Virus record (IMG/VR): IMGVR_UViG_2657245113_000004
Span: 1-64,000 of that record
Direction: 5' to 3' (one strand)
DNA from: an uncultured virus (IMG/VR IMGVR_UViG_2657245113_000004)
Lineage: Duplodnaviria > Heunggongvirae > Uroviricota > Caudoviricetes
Length of the DNA: 64,000 nt
The translations under genes were made by a program, and so were the position numbers. This document shows positions 9,812 through 19,224 of the stretch, piece after piece. The first letter of the stretch is position 1; the number at the start of each line of letters is the position of its first letter. The notes beneath the pieces are model-generated. The model was not told the DNA's origin and made no database searches. It worked only from the letters and a program-made list of their open reading frames with translations.

Positions 9812-9826
9812 ATTTGTTAAAGAGCG
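9812..9826 (-). promoter_or_regulatory. boxA (nutL)
   Basis: Minus strand reads CGCTCTTTAACAAAT, the consensus boxA. Confidence 0.85.
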
Positions 9827-9865
9827 TACCCATTGTTTCGGGTGGTGGTTCTGTTCTTGAATCTA

Positions 9866-9918
9866 AATGTAACTATAGTTTCGGATTGCGTCAAGTGAGA
9901 TTTGATACTTTAGTTTCG
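9866..9918 (-). promoter_or_regulatory. pL promoter and OL operators
   Basis: TTGACG-17-TACATT on the minus strand (9894-9866); 14-bp near-palindromes GTAACTATAGTTTC (9869) and GATACTTTAGTTTC (9905). Confidence 0.75.
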
Positions 9919-9969
9919 GGTACTGTTGTGAAAAACCATTTAGTGTGGTTTTTCTGAAAGATGGGGGAG

Positions 9970-10585
9970 TTAACGAGGTGGGCAGTCTGATTTATTAAAG
10001 GTGGCGGTCAATGTCTTTGTGGGGAATTGGTAAATATAGTTAACTGAGCCTTGATATTTATCGATGAGAATGTTGTCGCAAAGTGCATGGGTAAAACTTT
10101 CTTTCGCAACGGCTTTAGCGTGAATAACCGTTTCGTCATCGGGACTCATATCATTTATTTTATATATATAATTAATGCTTTTTTCTTTGACAAACATATC
10201 AGTTAAAAGGGTGTTGTCATCTAAACGCTTAGGGATGCCAATTTTGATTTTTTCTTCAGCAAATGCTGGTACGGCTTTTTCCCAAATTGAAGCATTATCT
10301 GATTTATCTGTTAGTGTGCGCCCTAAATCTTTAGCGAGGACAGCAAAGATAGTAGCAACAATGAGAATAATAGCTCTCGTGCCCCATTTTTTGATAAAAC
10401 CTATGAGGCTATTTTCTGTTGTTGCGGCAGGTTTTGGATCAATAATGGTTTGCTGCCTTTTAGGCGAATGACTCAGCCAGGTATTTGAGGGATTTATTTG
10501 GCTTGGTTGACTAACTTGAGTTCCGCATGATGAACAATACTTGCTATGGGGCATCAACTGATGCGCCGCATTTCATACAATACAT
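9970..10585 (-). pseudogene. Zinc-ribbon membrane protein in the rexAB-like position, frameshifted near the 5' end
   Basis: RBS then MYCMKCGASVDA; one extra C at 10548-10551 separates it from HSKYCSSCG; one TM helix and a periplasmic domain follow. Confidence 0.65.
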
Positions 10586-10595
10586 TGCTATCTCC

Positions 10596-11282
10596 CTATA
10601 AATTTTCCCATTTGGCTTCAACGACAACCCCAATAATACGACAGTTACCATTGATTTTTATCATTGGATACTGAGGGTTAAGCGGTTTGAGATATTTATT
10701 GCCAGCATCTTCAATATAACGTTTGAATGTAGCCTCATTATCATCAGTTAATTTAGCAATCACCAATTTACCCGAAGTGGGTTCGATATCAGGATTCACT
10801 AATACTGACATACCTTCTGGAATGGTTAGCCCCACCGGGGAGGTCATGGAGTCTCCTTTAACATCAAGCCAAAAAGCGTTTTGGCCCGCATATTTGGTGG
10901 TAGTGACCCAATCATCTATTTCGTTGAGGCTGTATGGCTCAATAGCTTCAGACCAATTCCCCGCGCTAACCCAACTAATTTTTGGGTACTCATAGGATTG
11001 TACAGGATGCGAGTCTTTATTCTCTTTCACATTCGCATCCCAATTAGCACTGGATGTGGATTGTAATTCAGGATTTCCCTTTCCCGTCTGAAGCCATTCT
11101 GGATTGCATAAAAGAGCACGGGCAATATTAAACAGCGTATCACCATTAAAATTTTTGGTCAGCCCCAGCTCAGCTTTGCTTATGGCAACCCTCGATACAC
11201 CGGCTTTCCTGGCTAATTCTTCCTGACTAAGATTCAAAGCCGCTCTACGTTCGCTAACCCTTTCAGCCAGAGTGCTTGTCAT
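10596..11282 (-). CDS. cI: CI repressor (HTH plus S24 autopeptidase)
   Basis: HTH LSQEELARKAGVSRVAISKAE, cleavage site VSAG, catalytic GDSM and ATFK; start placed at the GGAG-preceded ATG. Confidence 0.95.
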   Translation of the reverse strand: MTSTLAERVSERRAALNLSQEELARKAGVSRVAISKAELGLTKNFNGDTLFNIARALLCNPEWLQTGKGNPELQSTSSANWDANVKENKDSHPVQSYEYPKISWVSAGNWSEAIEPYSLNEIDDWVTTTKYAGQNAFWLDVKGDSMTSPVGLTIPEGMSVLVNPDIEPTSGKLVIAKLTDDNEATFKRYIEDAGNKYLKPLNPQYPMIKINGNCRIIGVVVEAKWENL

Positions 11283-11316
11283 TAAATTCTCCAAATATTG
11301 TGTATAGCTAAAATCT

Positions 11317-11392
11317 GACACCAAAGTAACACCATCTTTGGAAACTTTGTTTTCGTTATTCTCTTGCGTGAGTCCGACACTTTAGTTACGCT
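11317..11392 (+). promoter_or_regulatory. pR promoter and OR operators
   Basis: TTGCGT-17-TACGCT (11364-11392) overlapped by GACACTTTAGTTAC (11376-11389); also GAAACTTTGTTTTC at 11341; same consensus as OL. Confidence 0.72.
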
Positions 11393-11408
11393 TAGCGAGG
11401 AGGTTTCA

Positions 11409-11654
11409 ATGAAACTATATGAAATTTTGAAAACTGAAATTGGCAGCAATGCGGAAATTGGCCGCCGCTTTCCTGCAAAAGGTAAGCCACGAACCGGGCA
11501 AGCTGTTGGTAAGTGGCGTTCACAAGGTGTGCCTGAAGATATTGCCCTGTTGTGCCATTTATCTTCCTGCATCCCATACACCTATAACCCGGCCGACTAT
11601 GGCCGTAACCCGGAAAATCTCAGTCTGGTTCTGACCAAACCAGCTCATCAGTAA
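11409..11654 (+). CDS. cro: Cro-like regulator
   Basis: Divergent from cI; GAGGAGG RBS; HTH-like SNAEIGRRF..TGQAVGKW..GVP. Confidence 0.75.
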   Translation: MKLYEILKTEIGSNAEIGRRFPAKGKPRTGQAVGKWRSQGVPEDIALLCHLSSCIPYTYNPADYGRNPENLSLVLTKPAHQ

Positions 11655-11671
11655 AGATAGAGGACTGACCA

Positions 11672-11923
11672 ATGACTATTAGCCCAAAGCGTTGGCTCGC
11701 TAGCTGGAGAGCTAAACGTAAAACACAAAAAACTGCTACTCCTCTTTGCCCCCTCTCAATAAACGCAAATGAGGGGAAGAGTGTGACTTTTCAGGATCTG
11801 GATCTTCTTGGCTTATGCGTGCTGAAAGGAAAACCTCAGTGCTTGAACCATCCAGAAGGGCAGCAAAGTGAGCAAATAATTCCTGACCCTCAGGTGAAAT
11901 CTCCAATGTCGGATGATTCATGA
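11672..11923 (+). CDS. Hypothetical protein (overlaps an antisense ORF)
   Basis: Has the GAGGACTGACCAATG initiation motif; its 3' part overlaps 11736-12041. Confidence 0.35.
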   Translation: MTISPKRWLASWRAKRKTQKTATPLCPLSINANEGKSVTFQDLDLLGLCVLKGKPQCLNHPEGQQSEQIIPDPQVKSPMSDDS

Positions 11924-12041
11924 TTGCATCCAGACTTTGCTTGATGCGGAGCTTATGTTGTTCATCACTACCGGATAGCACGGTAATGGCGACAACATCG
12001 ACCAAGGCTCTAATGTAACTAAGGGAATTATCACTGGACAT
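11736..12041 (-). CDS. Hypothetical moron protein
   Basis: GGAGG RBS before MSSDNSLSYIRALVDVV; ends HLRLLRGGKEE. Confidence 0.6.
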   Translation of the reverse strand: MSSDNSLSYIRALVDVVAITVLSGSDEQHKLRIKQSLDAIMNHPTLEISPEGQELFAHFAALLDGSSTEVFLSARISQEDPDPEKSHSSPHLRLLRGGKEE

Positions 12042-12126
12042 TGCGCCTCCATGGCGGACTAAAAAAGAAGCGATTAACAGTTTATGTCCATGCGTGTAAT
12101 CACCCAAGATATTTAAGGACTGACCA

Positions 12127-12489
12127 ATGACCACAATTTATCAACCTGCCGCTATAACGGCAGGGGCTACGATAGCCTCTGACGTCCGGCGGGAGTTGCT
12201 ATCCCGGAAAAAGGTGGGAAAGAACGGTTTACCGTTCCATACCGTGCGTGAAGATCAGATTAAGACCAGGTGGACAGAAAGCGAGGCAGTGGCCATAAAA
12301 AGCACCGCCAATGCGCTGGATTCAAACCCCGCAGTAGAAACCAATGTGGCCGCAATTCGTGGTTTTTTGGCGATGTTTGCTGAAGCTCCAGAAATGCTGG
12401 CTCACGTCCATGCCGAATTAAAACTCGCCGGGCTGCCAGTACCTGAATGGCTGCCTGATCTTCCAATCAGCCAGGAGAAATCCCAATGA
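12127..12489 (+). CDS. Putative regulator in the cII position
   Basis: Position between cro and the replication genes; ribbon-helix-helix-like QIKTRWTESEAVAIK. Confidence 0.5.
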   Translation: MTTIYQPAAITAGATIASDVRRELLSRKKVGKNGLPFHTVREDQIKTRWTESEAVAIKSTANALDSNPAVETNVAAIRGFLAMFAEAPEMLAHVHAELKLAGLPVPEWLPDLPISQEKSQ

Positions 12490-12665
12490 CTAACATCACG
12501 CCAACGACCACACAATCGGTAGAATTGATTGCCAGTATTGTGGGTAAAAAACTGGCTATTGACGGGCAGGAGGCCCGCCGTATGGCTATCACAGGGGCTT
12601 TGTCTGGTATTACCCAGGCATTTTATTCCCGCCAACATAGTCCCTCTGATGCAAAGCAGCCGTAG
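12486..12665 (+). CDS. Small 59-aa hypothetical protein
   Basis: ATGA overlap with the upstream stop, GGAG RBS, ends at the O-gene RBS. Confidence 0.55.
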   Translation: MTNITPTTTQSVELIASIVGKKLAIDGQEARRMAITGALSGITQAFYSRQHSPSDAKQP

Positions 12666-12673
12666 GGGGAACT

Positions 12674-13519
12674 ATGACGCCATCTGAACTCATATACCAA
12701 TTTGGCCGGCCGATTGCTTACTACCCTGGCTTGGTTCCATATCTTGGGAGCGTAAACGCAGTCATTTTGTTCTGCCAGTTCTTCTATTGGACGGGCAAAG
12801 AAACTTCAGAGTTTGGCATTTTTAAAACTACGGAAGAGATTGAATCTGAAACAGGATTGACCTACGAGGAACAACTCACAGCTCGTAAAAAGCTCAAGCA
12901 AGCGGGGGTTTTGAAAGAAACAAATAAGCGGTTAGAACACCGTATTTACTATCAGATTGATACCGATCGGTTGGATGGAATGTTATCGCAACCTATTGAT
13001 AATTCCCCAAATGGGGAAAACCCATTTCGGGAAACGGGAAAACCCCAATTGGCGAACGAGGAAAAGCCCAAGCCGCCAGCAAGGGATTCCCTAACTGGCG
13101 GGCAAGGGATTCCCCATTTCGATCATACAGAGATTACTACAGAGATTACTACAGAGAAGCGCACACGTAAGGCGGCTAAAAATTCGGCAATAGACTTCTC
13201 CGCTTTTCCGATGGCTGTTAGCTCTGAGATTTGGGATGACTACCTAAAACACCGAAAAGCAAAACGAGCTCCAATGACTCAGACCGTGGTGAACATGCTG
13301 GGTAAGGAGTTGAGTAGAGCGGTTGCTGCTGGATGGTCTGTGGATGATGCGTTATCTGAAGCCATGGCCGCCGGTTGGCAGGGGTTGAAATTTGAATGGT
13401 TGCAGAATCGTAGTCGGCCACAAAATCAGTGCGCTGGTAACACCGGCATGAGTCGTCAGGAAGCGCTGGAGGCGCACAATGCGCGGGTTGCGGATGATTT
13501 TGTCAATGATGGGCGGTGA
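12674..13519 (+). CDS. Replication initiator (O-like)
   Basis: N-terminal wHTH, central low-complexity linker with DNA repeats, C-terminal WDDYLKHRKAKRAP..GWQG domain. Confidence 0.85.
   Translation: MTPSELIYQFGRPIAYYPGLVPYLGSVNAVILFCQFFYWTGKETSEFGIFKTTEEIESETGLTYEEQLTARKKLKQAGVLKETNKRLEHRIYYQIDTDRLDGMLSQPIDNSPNGENPFRETGKPQLANEEKPKPPARDSLTGGQGIPHFDHTEITTEITTEKRTRKAAKNSAIDFSAFPMAVSSEIWDDYLKHRKAKRAPMTQTVVNMLGKELSRAVAAGWSVDDALSEAMAAGWQGLKFEWLQNRSRPQNQCAGNTGMSRQEALEAHNARVADDFVNDGR
13002..13156 (+). repeat. Probable replication origin repeats inside the O-like gene
   Basis: TTCCCCAAATGGGGAA palindrome, AAGGGATTCCC x2, ACAGAGATTACT tandem repeat. Confidence 0.55.
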
Positions 13520-14295
13520 GTATGCAGGGTTTAGATGATAAACGTGAATTTGCAGAAATCATGAAAGCCACGCTGGCGATATACGGCAAAGATGCATCAA
13601 AAGCCGTGCTGGAACTCTATTGGAATGCGTTGCTGCCCAACGATATCGACACAGTGCGCAAGGCATTCAGTAACTGGCTGACCGATCCGGATCAGGGCCG
13701 TTTCTCGCCAAAGCCTGCCGATATTATCCGCAATATTCAACATATTGCCGGTAAGCCCGATTGGCTTTCAGCCAATGAGGCGTGGGCATTGGCATTACCG
13801 GCGCAAGATGAGGCTAACACCGTGGTCTGGACACATGAAATTGCCCAGGCATGGAATATTGCTCAGCCCATTATGCGGGAAGGTGACAAGGTCGGTGCGC
13901 GAATGGCTTTCATTGCTGCCTATGAGCGATTGACTAAGGCAGCACAGGGAACAGGCCGAGAGCCTGAGTGGTCAGTGTCGGAAGGATGGGACAAAGAAAC
14001 GGTAAAACGCACGGTGGAACAGGCGGTGACTACCGGACTTCTGCCCAAACCTAAAGCTGAGAAATATCAGTTGTTGCTACCAGGCAAAACCCAGTTAGAC
14101 GAAGGCGTACCCACAAAAATACGTCATTTTTTAGACGAGTTGAAAGACAAAATTAAACAGGATCAGGAGGAAAGGGCAAGAAGATGGCGCGATGAAAGCA
14201 TCAAGCTACAAGAGTCTCTGGACAGTAAATACCGAGAGTCATTGCAGCAGACCGCCGACCACGGTTTGCATAATAATCAAATTACTGAGGACTGA
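13516..14295 (+). CDS. Helicase loader / P-like replication protein
   Basis: Follows O; YWNAL, FSPKPADII, SANEAW and ARMAFIAAYER motifs. Confidence 0.7.
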   Translation: MSMQGLDDKREFAEIMKATLAIYGKDASKAVLELYWNALLPNDIDTVRKAFSNWLTDPDQGRFSPKPADIIRNIQHIAGKPDWLSANEAWALALPAQDEANTVVWTHEIAQAWNIAQPIMREGDKVGARMAFIAAYERLTKAAQGTGREPEWSVSEGWDKETVKRTVEQAVTTGLLPKPKAEKYQLLLPGKTQLDEGVPTKIRHFLDELKDKIKQDQEERARRWRDESIKLQESLDSKYRESLQQTADHGLHNNQITED

Positions 14296-14298
14296 CCA

Positions 14299-15435
14299 AT
14301 GAGCATTAATTTCAAGAACGTGTTGATTTACAAACTATCCCGCGATGTCTCTTTCGCTGATTTGGAACAGCAAATGGCGCAGTTCGCATTCACACCCTGT
14401 GGTAGCCAGGATATGGCGAAAACCGGTTGGATATCGCCCATGGGTAACGAAAGCGCCACGCTAGCGCATGTGGCTAACCAACAAATCCTGATCACATTGC
14501 AGTGTGAAAAAAAGGATTTACCTGCGCCGGTTATCGCCCGTGAGCTGGCGAGTAAAGTTGAGCGTTTGGAGCAAGAGCAACACCGTAAACTGAAAAAAAC
14601 AGAAAAAGACTCGCTGAAAGATGAAGTTATCCAGACTCTGCTGCCACGGGCCTTTAGCAAATACTCTACAACATCCATCTGGATTAACGCAGGGGCTGGG
14701 TTAATCATCATTGATGCCGCCAGTGCGCGGAAAGCTGAAAATGCATTGGCATTGCTGCGCAAAACTATGGGTTCTCTGCCTGTGGTTCCTCTGACACTCA
14801 ATACCCCGATTGAACTGACGCTGACCGAATGGTTGCGTTCAGGTGCTGCGCCTGCTGGTTTTGTGCTTCAGGAAGAAGCCGAGTTAAAAGCCGTTTTGGA
14901 GCAGGGCGGTATTCTGCGCAGTAAGCATCAGGATTTAGTCAGCGATGAGATCCGCGGTCATATCGCCGCCGGTAAGCTGGTTACCAAGTTGGCTTTGGAG
15001 TGGCGGGAACGTATTAGTTTCATGTTGTCCGACGATGGCAGCCTGAAGAGAGTGAAATACAGTGCCACGCTTCTGGAGCAAAACGACGATATTGATCGTG
15101 AGGATTATGCCCAGCGATTTGATGCCGATTTCATTCTGATGACGGGTGAATTAGCTGCCTTAATTGCAGATTTGGTTACCGCATTAGGCGGAGAGGCAAC
15201 CAGCAGTTCATGGGTCGATTTGGACGGCGTAGAGCGAGACGATGATGATCGCTATCCCGAGGCAGTGAAGTTCATCAAGACGAGAGGTAAAGCCTCAATC
15301 TCTGGGCTACAGCGTGAACTCCGCATTGGCTATAACCGAGCCGCCTGGCTGCTGGAAAGAATGCAGGCGGAAGGCATTGTGTCACAACCCACGCCAGACG
15401 GAACCCGCCAAGTGCTGCTCGGGGAGGGTGCGTAA
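14299..15435 (+). CDS. rdgC: RdgC fused to a C-terminal FtsK gamma domain
   Basis: [32 protein letters not shown]; tail [31 protein letters not shown]. Confidence 0.92.
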   Translation: MSINFKNVLIYKLSRDVSFADLEQQMAQFAFTPCGSQDMAKTGWISPMGNESATLAHVANQQILITLQCEKKDLPAPVIARELASKVERLEQEQHRKLKKTEKDSLKDEVIQTLLPRAFSKYSTTSIWINAGAGLIIIDAASARKAENALALLRKTMGSLPVVPLTLNTPIELTLTEWLRSGAAPAGFVLQEEAELKAVLEQGGILRSKHQDLVSDEIRGHIAAGKLVTKLALEWRERISFMLSDDGSLKRVKYSATLLEQNDDIDREDYAQRFDADFILMTGELAALIADLVTALGGEATSSSWVDLDGVERDDDDRYPEAVKFIKTRGKASISGLQRELRIGYNRAAWLLERMQAEGIVSQPTPDGTRQVLLGEGA

Positions 15436-15782
15436 TGGTGATCAAGCCACAGGTACCCAACGCCGAAAGGGATGGCATTAACCACGATATCAGGTCGATG
15501 CGTCTGGCTGGCCGGTTAAACGAGGCCAACAGCCAGCTAAATCGGGTGATCGCCGCTGCCAGTGGGGCTGACTGGCGAACCCTGCGCGATCTCGAAAAAT
15601 TATTATCCCAGATGTTCCCCGGTGAAGGTGATACCCAGACCGCCATAAGCGCACGCCTGCGTGAGATCAATCCTGTCCGTCATGGGCTGGTGAAACAGGT
15701 CAGAACTGTCCGCAATGAGGATAGCGGTAAGCGTGTTTGGTTTTATCGCCTGGTTCCTACCACGCAAGGAGGCATGCAATGA
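15435..15782 (+). CDS. Hypothetical protein, winged-helix-like
   Basis: WRTLRDLE..TQTAISARLRE..WFYRL. Confidence 0.65.
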   Translation: MVIKPQVPNAERDGINHDIRSMRLAGRLNEANSQLNRVIAAASGADWRTLRDLEKLLSQMFPGEGDTQTAISARLREINPVRHGLVKQVRTVRNEDSGKRVWFYRLVPTTQGGMQ

Positions 15783-16705
15783 GTTACCAGATTTTTATCG
15801 GTGATTGCATAGACTCAATGCGCAAAATGGCAGATCAATCCGTTCATAGCTGCATTACCAGCCCGCCGTATTATGGGCTGCGTGATTATGGTGTTGAAGG
15901 GCAGATTGGTTTAGAGGAAAGCCCAGCGGCGTTTATTCAACGGCTTGTCGCGGTGTTTCGTGAGGTTCGCCGTGTTCTTCGTGATGATGGCACTTTATGG
16001 GTAAACATGGGGGATAGTTGGGGCAAAGGGAAGCAATTGAATGGTATGCCATGGCGTTTTGCCTTTGCGTTACAAAATGACGGCTGGATCCTTCGCCAAG
16101 ACATTATCTGGCACAAATCCAATCCTATGCCAGAAAGCGTGCGTGACCGCTGTACCAAGGCCCACGAATATATATTTCTGTTGAGTAAGTCGAAAAGCTA
16201 TTACTTCGATCATGAGGCAATTAGAGAACCATCTGTCTACAGCGGTAAAAATACCGGCGTCGGCTTTGGGCATGGCATGGATAAGAGTGACAGAAATCGC
16301 GGCAGGATATCTGCCCGCGATAACTTCAAGCGGGAAGACAGTAAGCGAGCGGTAGTTATACCGGGGCAAAATGTGGGTACTCATCGTGCTGATCGTAAAG
16401 ATACCGTCTCAGATGGTATGCGGGCAAAACGCAACGTTTGGACTGTGGCCACTCGGGGCTACAAAGAAGCCCATTTTGCTACTTTCCCGCCAGCACTAAT
16501 AGAGCCTTGTGTTTTAGCTGGTTGTCCGGCAGGTGGTGTGGTTCTTGATCCATTCGGTGGGAGTGGTACCACTGCTGGCGTCGCTATCGGCAGTGGTCGT
16601 AAAGCTATTCTTTGTGAATTGAACCCAGCGTACGCTGATTTGGTTCCTACTCGTATTGAAAGTATTTTATCTGCGTACCCAATCAAGCCGGGGAATACAG
16701 CATGA
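15779..16705 (+). CDS. Beta-class N4C/N6A DNA methyltransferase
   Basis: ITSPPY catalytic motif precedes HFATFP and VLDPFGGSGTT; start ATG overlaps the upstream stop. Confidence 0.92.
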   Translation: MSYQIFIGDCIDSMRKMADQSVHSCITSPPYYGLRDYGVEGQIGLEESPAAFIQRLVAVFREVRRVLRDDGTLWVNMGDSWGKGKQLNGMPWRFAFALQNDGWILRQDIIWHKSNPMPESVRDRCTKAHEYIFLLSKSKSYYFDHEAIREPSVYSGKNTGVGFGHGMDKSDRNRGRISARDNFKREDSKRAVVIPGQNVGTHRADRKDTVSDGMRAKRNVWTVATRGYKEAHFATFPPALIEPCVLAGCPAGGVVLDPFGGSGTTAGVAIGSGRKAILCELNPAYADLVPTRIESILSAYPIKPGNTA

Positions 16706-18249
16706 GATATGGATCAGTGTGCAGTGGTATTGAAGCCGCAAGCCTTGCGTGGGAGCCCTTGGGCTGGACGCCCATATGGTTTAGTGAAATCGAACCATTC
16801 CCATCAGCAGTTCTGGCACATCGCTGGCCAACAGTAACCAACCTTGGTGACATGACTAAGATTGCCGAGTTGGTCCGAGCCGGAAGTGTGGAAGCCCCAG
16901 ATATTCTGGTAGGCGGCACTCCTTGTCAGGCGTTCAGCGTTGCTGGCCTGCGTAATGGTCTGGCAGATGCCCGTGGCCAGTTAACTCTTTCATATGTGGA
17001 ATTAGCAGATGCAATCGACGACACGCGCCGCGAACGTGGCGAAAAAGAATCCATCATCGTCTGGGAAAACGTGCCGGGCGTCCTCAGCAGCAAAGACAAC
17101 GCATTCGGGTGTTTCCTTGCAGCACTTGCCGGAGAAGATGAGCCACTTGTCCCATCAGGGAAAAAATGGACGAACGCTGGTTATGTGTCTGGACCCAAAA
17201 GAGCAATCGCATGGATCATCAAAGACGCCCAATATTTCGGAGTGGCCCAACAACGCCGTCGGGTCCTGCTTATCGCAAGTGCTCGAAATGACCTTAATCC
17301 CGCAAAAGTACTATTTGAGCTTGAAAGCTACTCAGGGTCGGTATCGCCGGATCTTATTAGGAGCAAACGCTGCACCACAACTATTGATGGAAGCTCTCTG
17401 TATCGTTTCCGAAGAACAGACAGCTATATAGCCGACGGTTTAAGTAGCACCTTATCTGCAAGAGATTATAAAGATGCCCGAGATTTGGTTGTTACAGGAG
17501 ATGGCCGAGTAAGAAAGCTTCTTCCGGTTGAGTATGAAAGGCTTAATGGATTTTCTGATAACCATACTTTAATTAATTATAAGGGCAAGTTGGTTACAGA
17601 TGCTCCTCGATATAAAGCAATTGGTAATTCAATGGCTGTCAACGTCATGCACTGGCTAGGTCAGCGGATTGCAGATGTGTTACCGCCACTGCTTTACGAT
17701 GTTATTTATGCCGATCCGCCTTGGCAGTATGGAAGTAAGCCAAATAGAGGGGTTCTGCTGGATTACTCAACAATGTCAGTTGCAGAACTATGCGGCATGC
17801 AGGTTAAAAGCATCGCCAGCCAAAATGCTGCGCTGTTCATGTGGGTAACGGGCGCCATGGTGTCGGAGGCACTAACTGTCGGTGCTGCTTGGGGTTTTAA
17901 ATTCATCCGTATTGATAAGGTATGGGAAAAGAAGAAACACACTGGAAGTCGGCACGGTGTTGTGGGGCCATGGGGAATGAATGACGCTGAATTTTTACTG
18001 TTGTTCACGCGGGGTAAAGTCTGCGGCAACCAAACAGAGCGCAACCAGTACACCGTCTATGAAGAGAAATATACTGGTATCCATTCTGGTAAGCCTCATT
18101 TCTTTCGTGAACAGATCGAGCGCCGATTCAAAAATGCTCGTCGTATAGAACTATTTGCGCGCACTTCATCGCCCGGCTGGGACGTTTGGGGTGATCAGGC
18201 ACCAAATGCCGCCAGACTATCCCTCATAGAGCCGGAGGATACTTTATGA
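16702..18249 (+). CDS. C5 cytosine methyltransferase fused to an MT-A70-family adenine methyltransferase
   Basis: GSVCSGIEA, GGTPCQ, WENVPG, AIGNSM; then IYADPPWQY, LFMWV, HSGKP, IELFAR, GWDVWGDQ. Confidence 0.9.
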   Translation: MRYGSVCSGIEAASLAWEPLGWTPIWFSEIEPFPSAVLAHRWPTVTNLGDMTKIAELVRAGSVEAPDILVGGTPCQAFSVAGLRNGLADARGQLTLSYVELADAIDDTRRERGEKESIIVWENVPGVLSSKDNAFGCFLAALAGEDEPLVPSGKKWTNAGYVSGPKRAIAWIIKDAQYFGVAQQRRRVLLIASARNDLNPAKVLFELESYSGSVSPDLIRSKRCTTTIDGSSLYRFRRTDSYIADGLSSTLSARDYKDARDLVVTGDGRVRKLLPVEYERLNGFSDNHTLINYKGKLVTDAPRYKAIGNSMAVNVMHWLGQRIADVLPPLLYDVIYADPPWQYGSKPNRGVLLDYSTMSVAELCGMQVKSIASQNAALFMWVTGAMVSEALTVGAAWGFKFIRIDKVWEKKKHTGSRHGVVGPWGMNDAEFLLLFTRGKVCGNQTERNQYTVYEEKYTGIHSGKPHFFREQIERRFKNARRIELFARTSSPGWDVWGDQAPNAARLSLIEPEDTL

Positions 18250-18893
18250 CAACAGCACCGCGAACTAAGTCCCCGAGAAAGAAAAAGACTGAGGTGCTGG
18301 GCGTCCTGTTGCCTGGTGGTGGAATCAAGTATGCCACTGATCATGATCGCGAAACGATGAAAGGGGTGCCTGTGGGCACTCCAATTTCAATGAGTCCAAT
18401 TGGCGACCGGCGCAACCTGAAGCATCACCGTAAATTCTGGAAATTGCTGGAATTGGGTTTCTCTTATTGGGTGCCGGATTGGACCTTTGTCAGTGCGCCA
18501 GAGGAATGGATCGCCCATGAGGTGGCTAAAGCCGTGGGCAGTGCCGCAGGAGATCCAGAGCTTTATGAAAAGGTGACCAAATCCATCGCGCAAGCGGTAT
18601 TAGACCGAGTAATCAGGCAGCGCCAGAAAAGGTTTGATGGGGAGGCGGTAAAGACGGATATGGCTTATTTCAACCACGTTATGATCAAAGCCGGGTTCTA
18701 TGACCTGATGCCAAATCCTGAAGGTGGCACATTGAAGCAGCGTTGGAGTATCGCGTTTGTGAATATGGATCAGGGGGCTTTTGACCGGATTTATCAAGGC
18801 GTGGCCGGTGTTATCTGGAATGAGACATTAGGCCAGCACTTTGATAACGAGTATAAAATGGAACAGGCAGTTAACCGGCTGCTGGAGTATTGA
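18246..18893 (+). CDS. DUF1367-like nin-region protein
   Basis: RNLKHHRKFWKLLELGFSYW and SIAFVNMDQ. Confidence 0.75.
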   Translation: MTTAPRTKSPRKKKTEVLGVLLPGGGIKYATDHDRETMKGVPVGTPISMSPIGDRRNLKHHRKFWKLLELGFSYWVPDWTFVSAPEEWIAHEVAKAVGSAAGDPELYEKVTKSIAQAVLDRVIRQRQKRFDGEAVKTDMAYFNHVMIKAGFYDLMPNPEGGTLKQRWSIAFVNMDQGAFDRIYQGVAGVIWNETLGQHFDNEYKMEQAVNRLLEY

Positions 18894-18894
18894 T

Positions 18895-19224
18895 ATGAAA
18901 TCTCCGGCATTTAGAAGTAAAGCCCTGCGCGATTCTGCGCGGGGCCAATGCTGCACGCTCCAGATCCCCGGTATCTGTAACAGCAATCCAGAAACAACGG
19001 TACTGTGCCATTTGCCCAGTTCCACCCACGGCATGGGGTATAAGTCAGATGACTACTGGGCCGTTTTTGGGTGCAACTGCTGCCATGATGTTATTGATGG
19101 ACGGCTGCCATATGAATGGCAGCCCGGAGAGCGTGAGGAAACGATATTACAGGCATTGCATGCAACTCTTAGGATTTGGCTGGAGGAATCTCTGGTAACC
19201 GCTAAAGGGGGCCTGTTTGCTTAA
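18895..19224 (+). CDS. YbcO / DUF1364 putative nuclease
   Basis: LRDSARGQCCTLQIPGICNSNPETTVLCH, CNCCHDVIDGR. Confidence 0.85.
   Translation: MKSPAFRSKALRDSARGQCCTLQIPGICNSNPETTVLCHLPSSTHGMGYKSDDYWAVFGCNCCHDVIDGRLPYEWQPGEREETILQALHATLRIWLEESLVTAKGGLFA

Noticed and set aside
11283..11408. Longer N-terminal extensions of cI and cro in the ORF track
   Set aside because: They run through the operator/promoter region; better RBS-linked ATGs at 11282 and 11409
17009..17431. 140-aa alternate-frame ORF inside the C5 methyltransferase
   Set aside because: Fully nested with no recognisable motifs; likely a frame artefact
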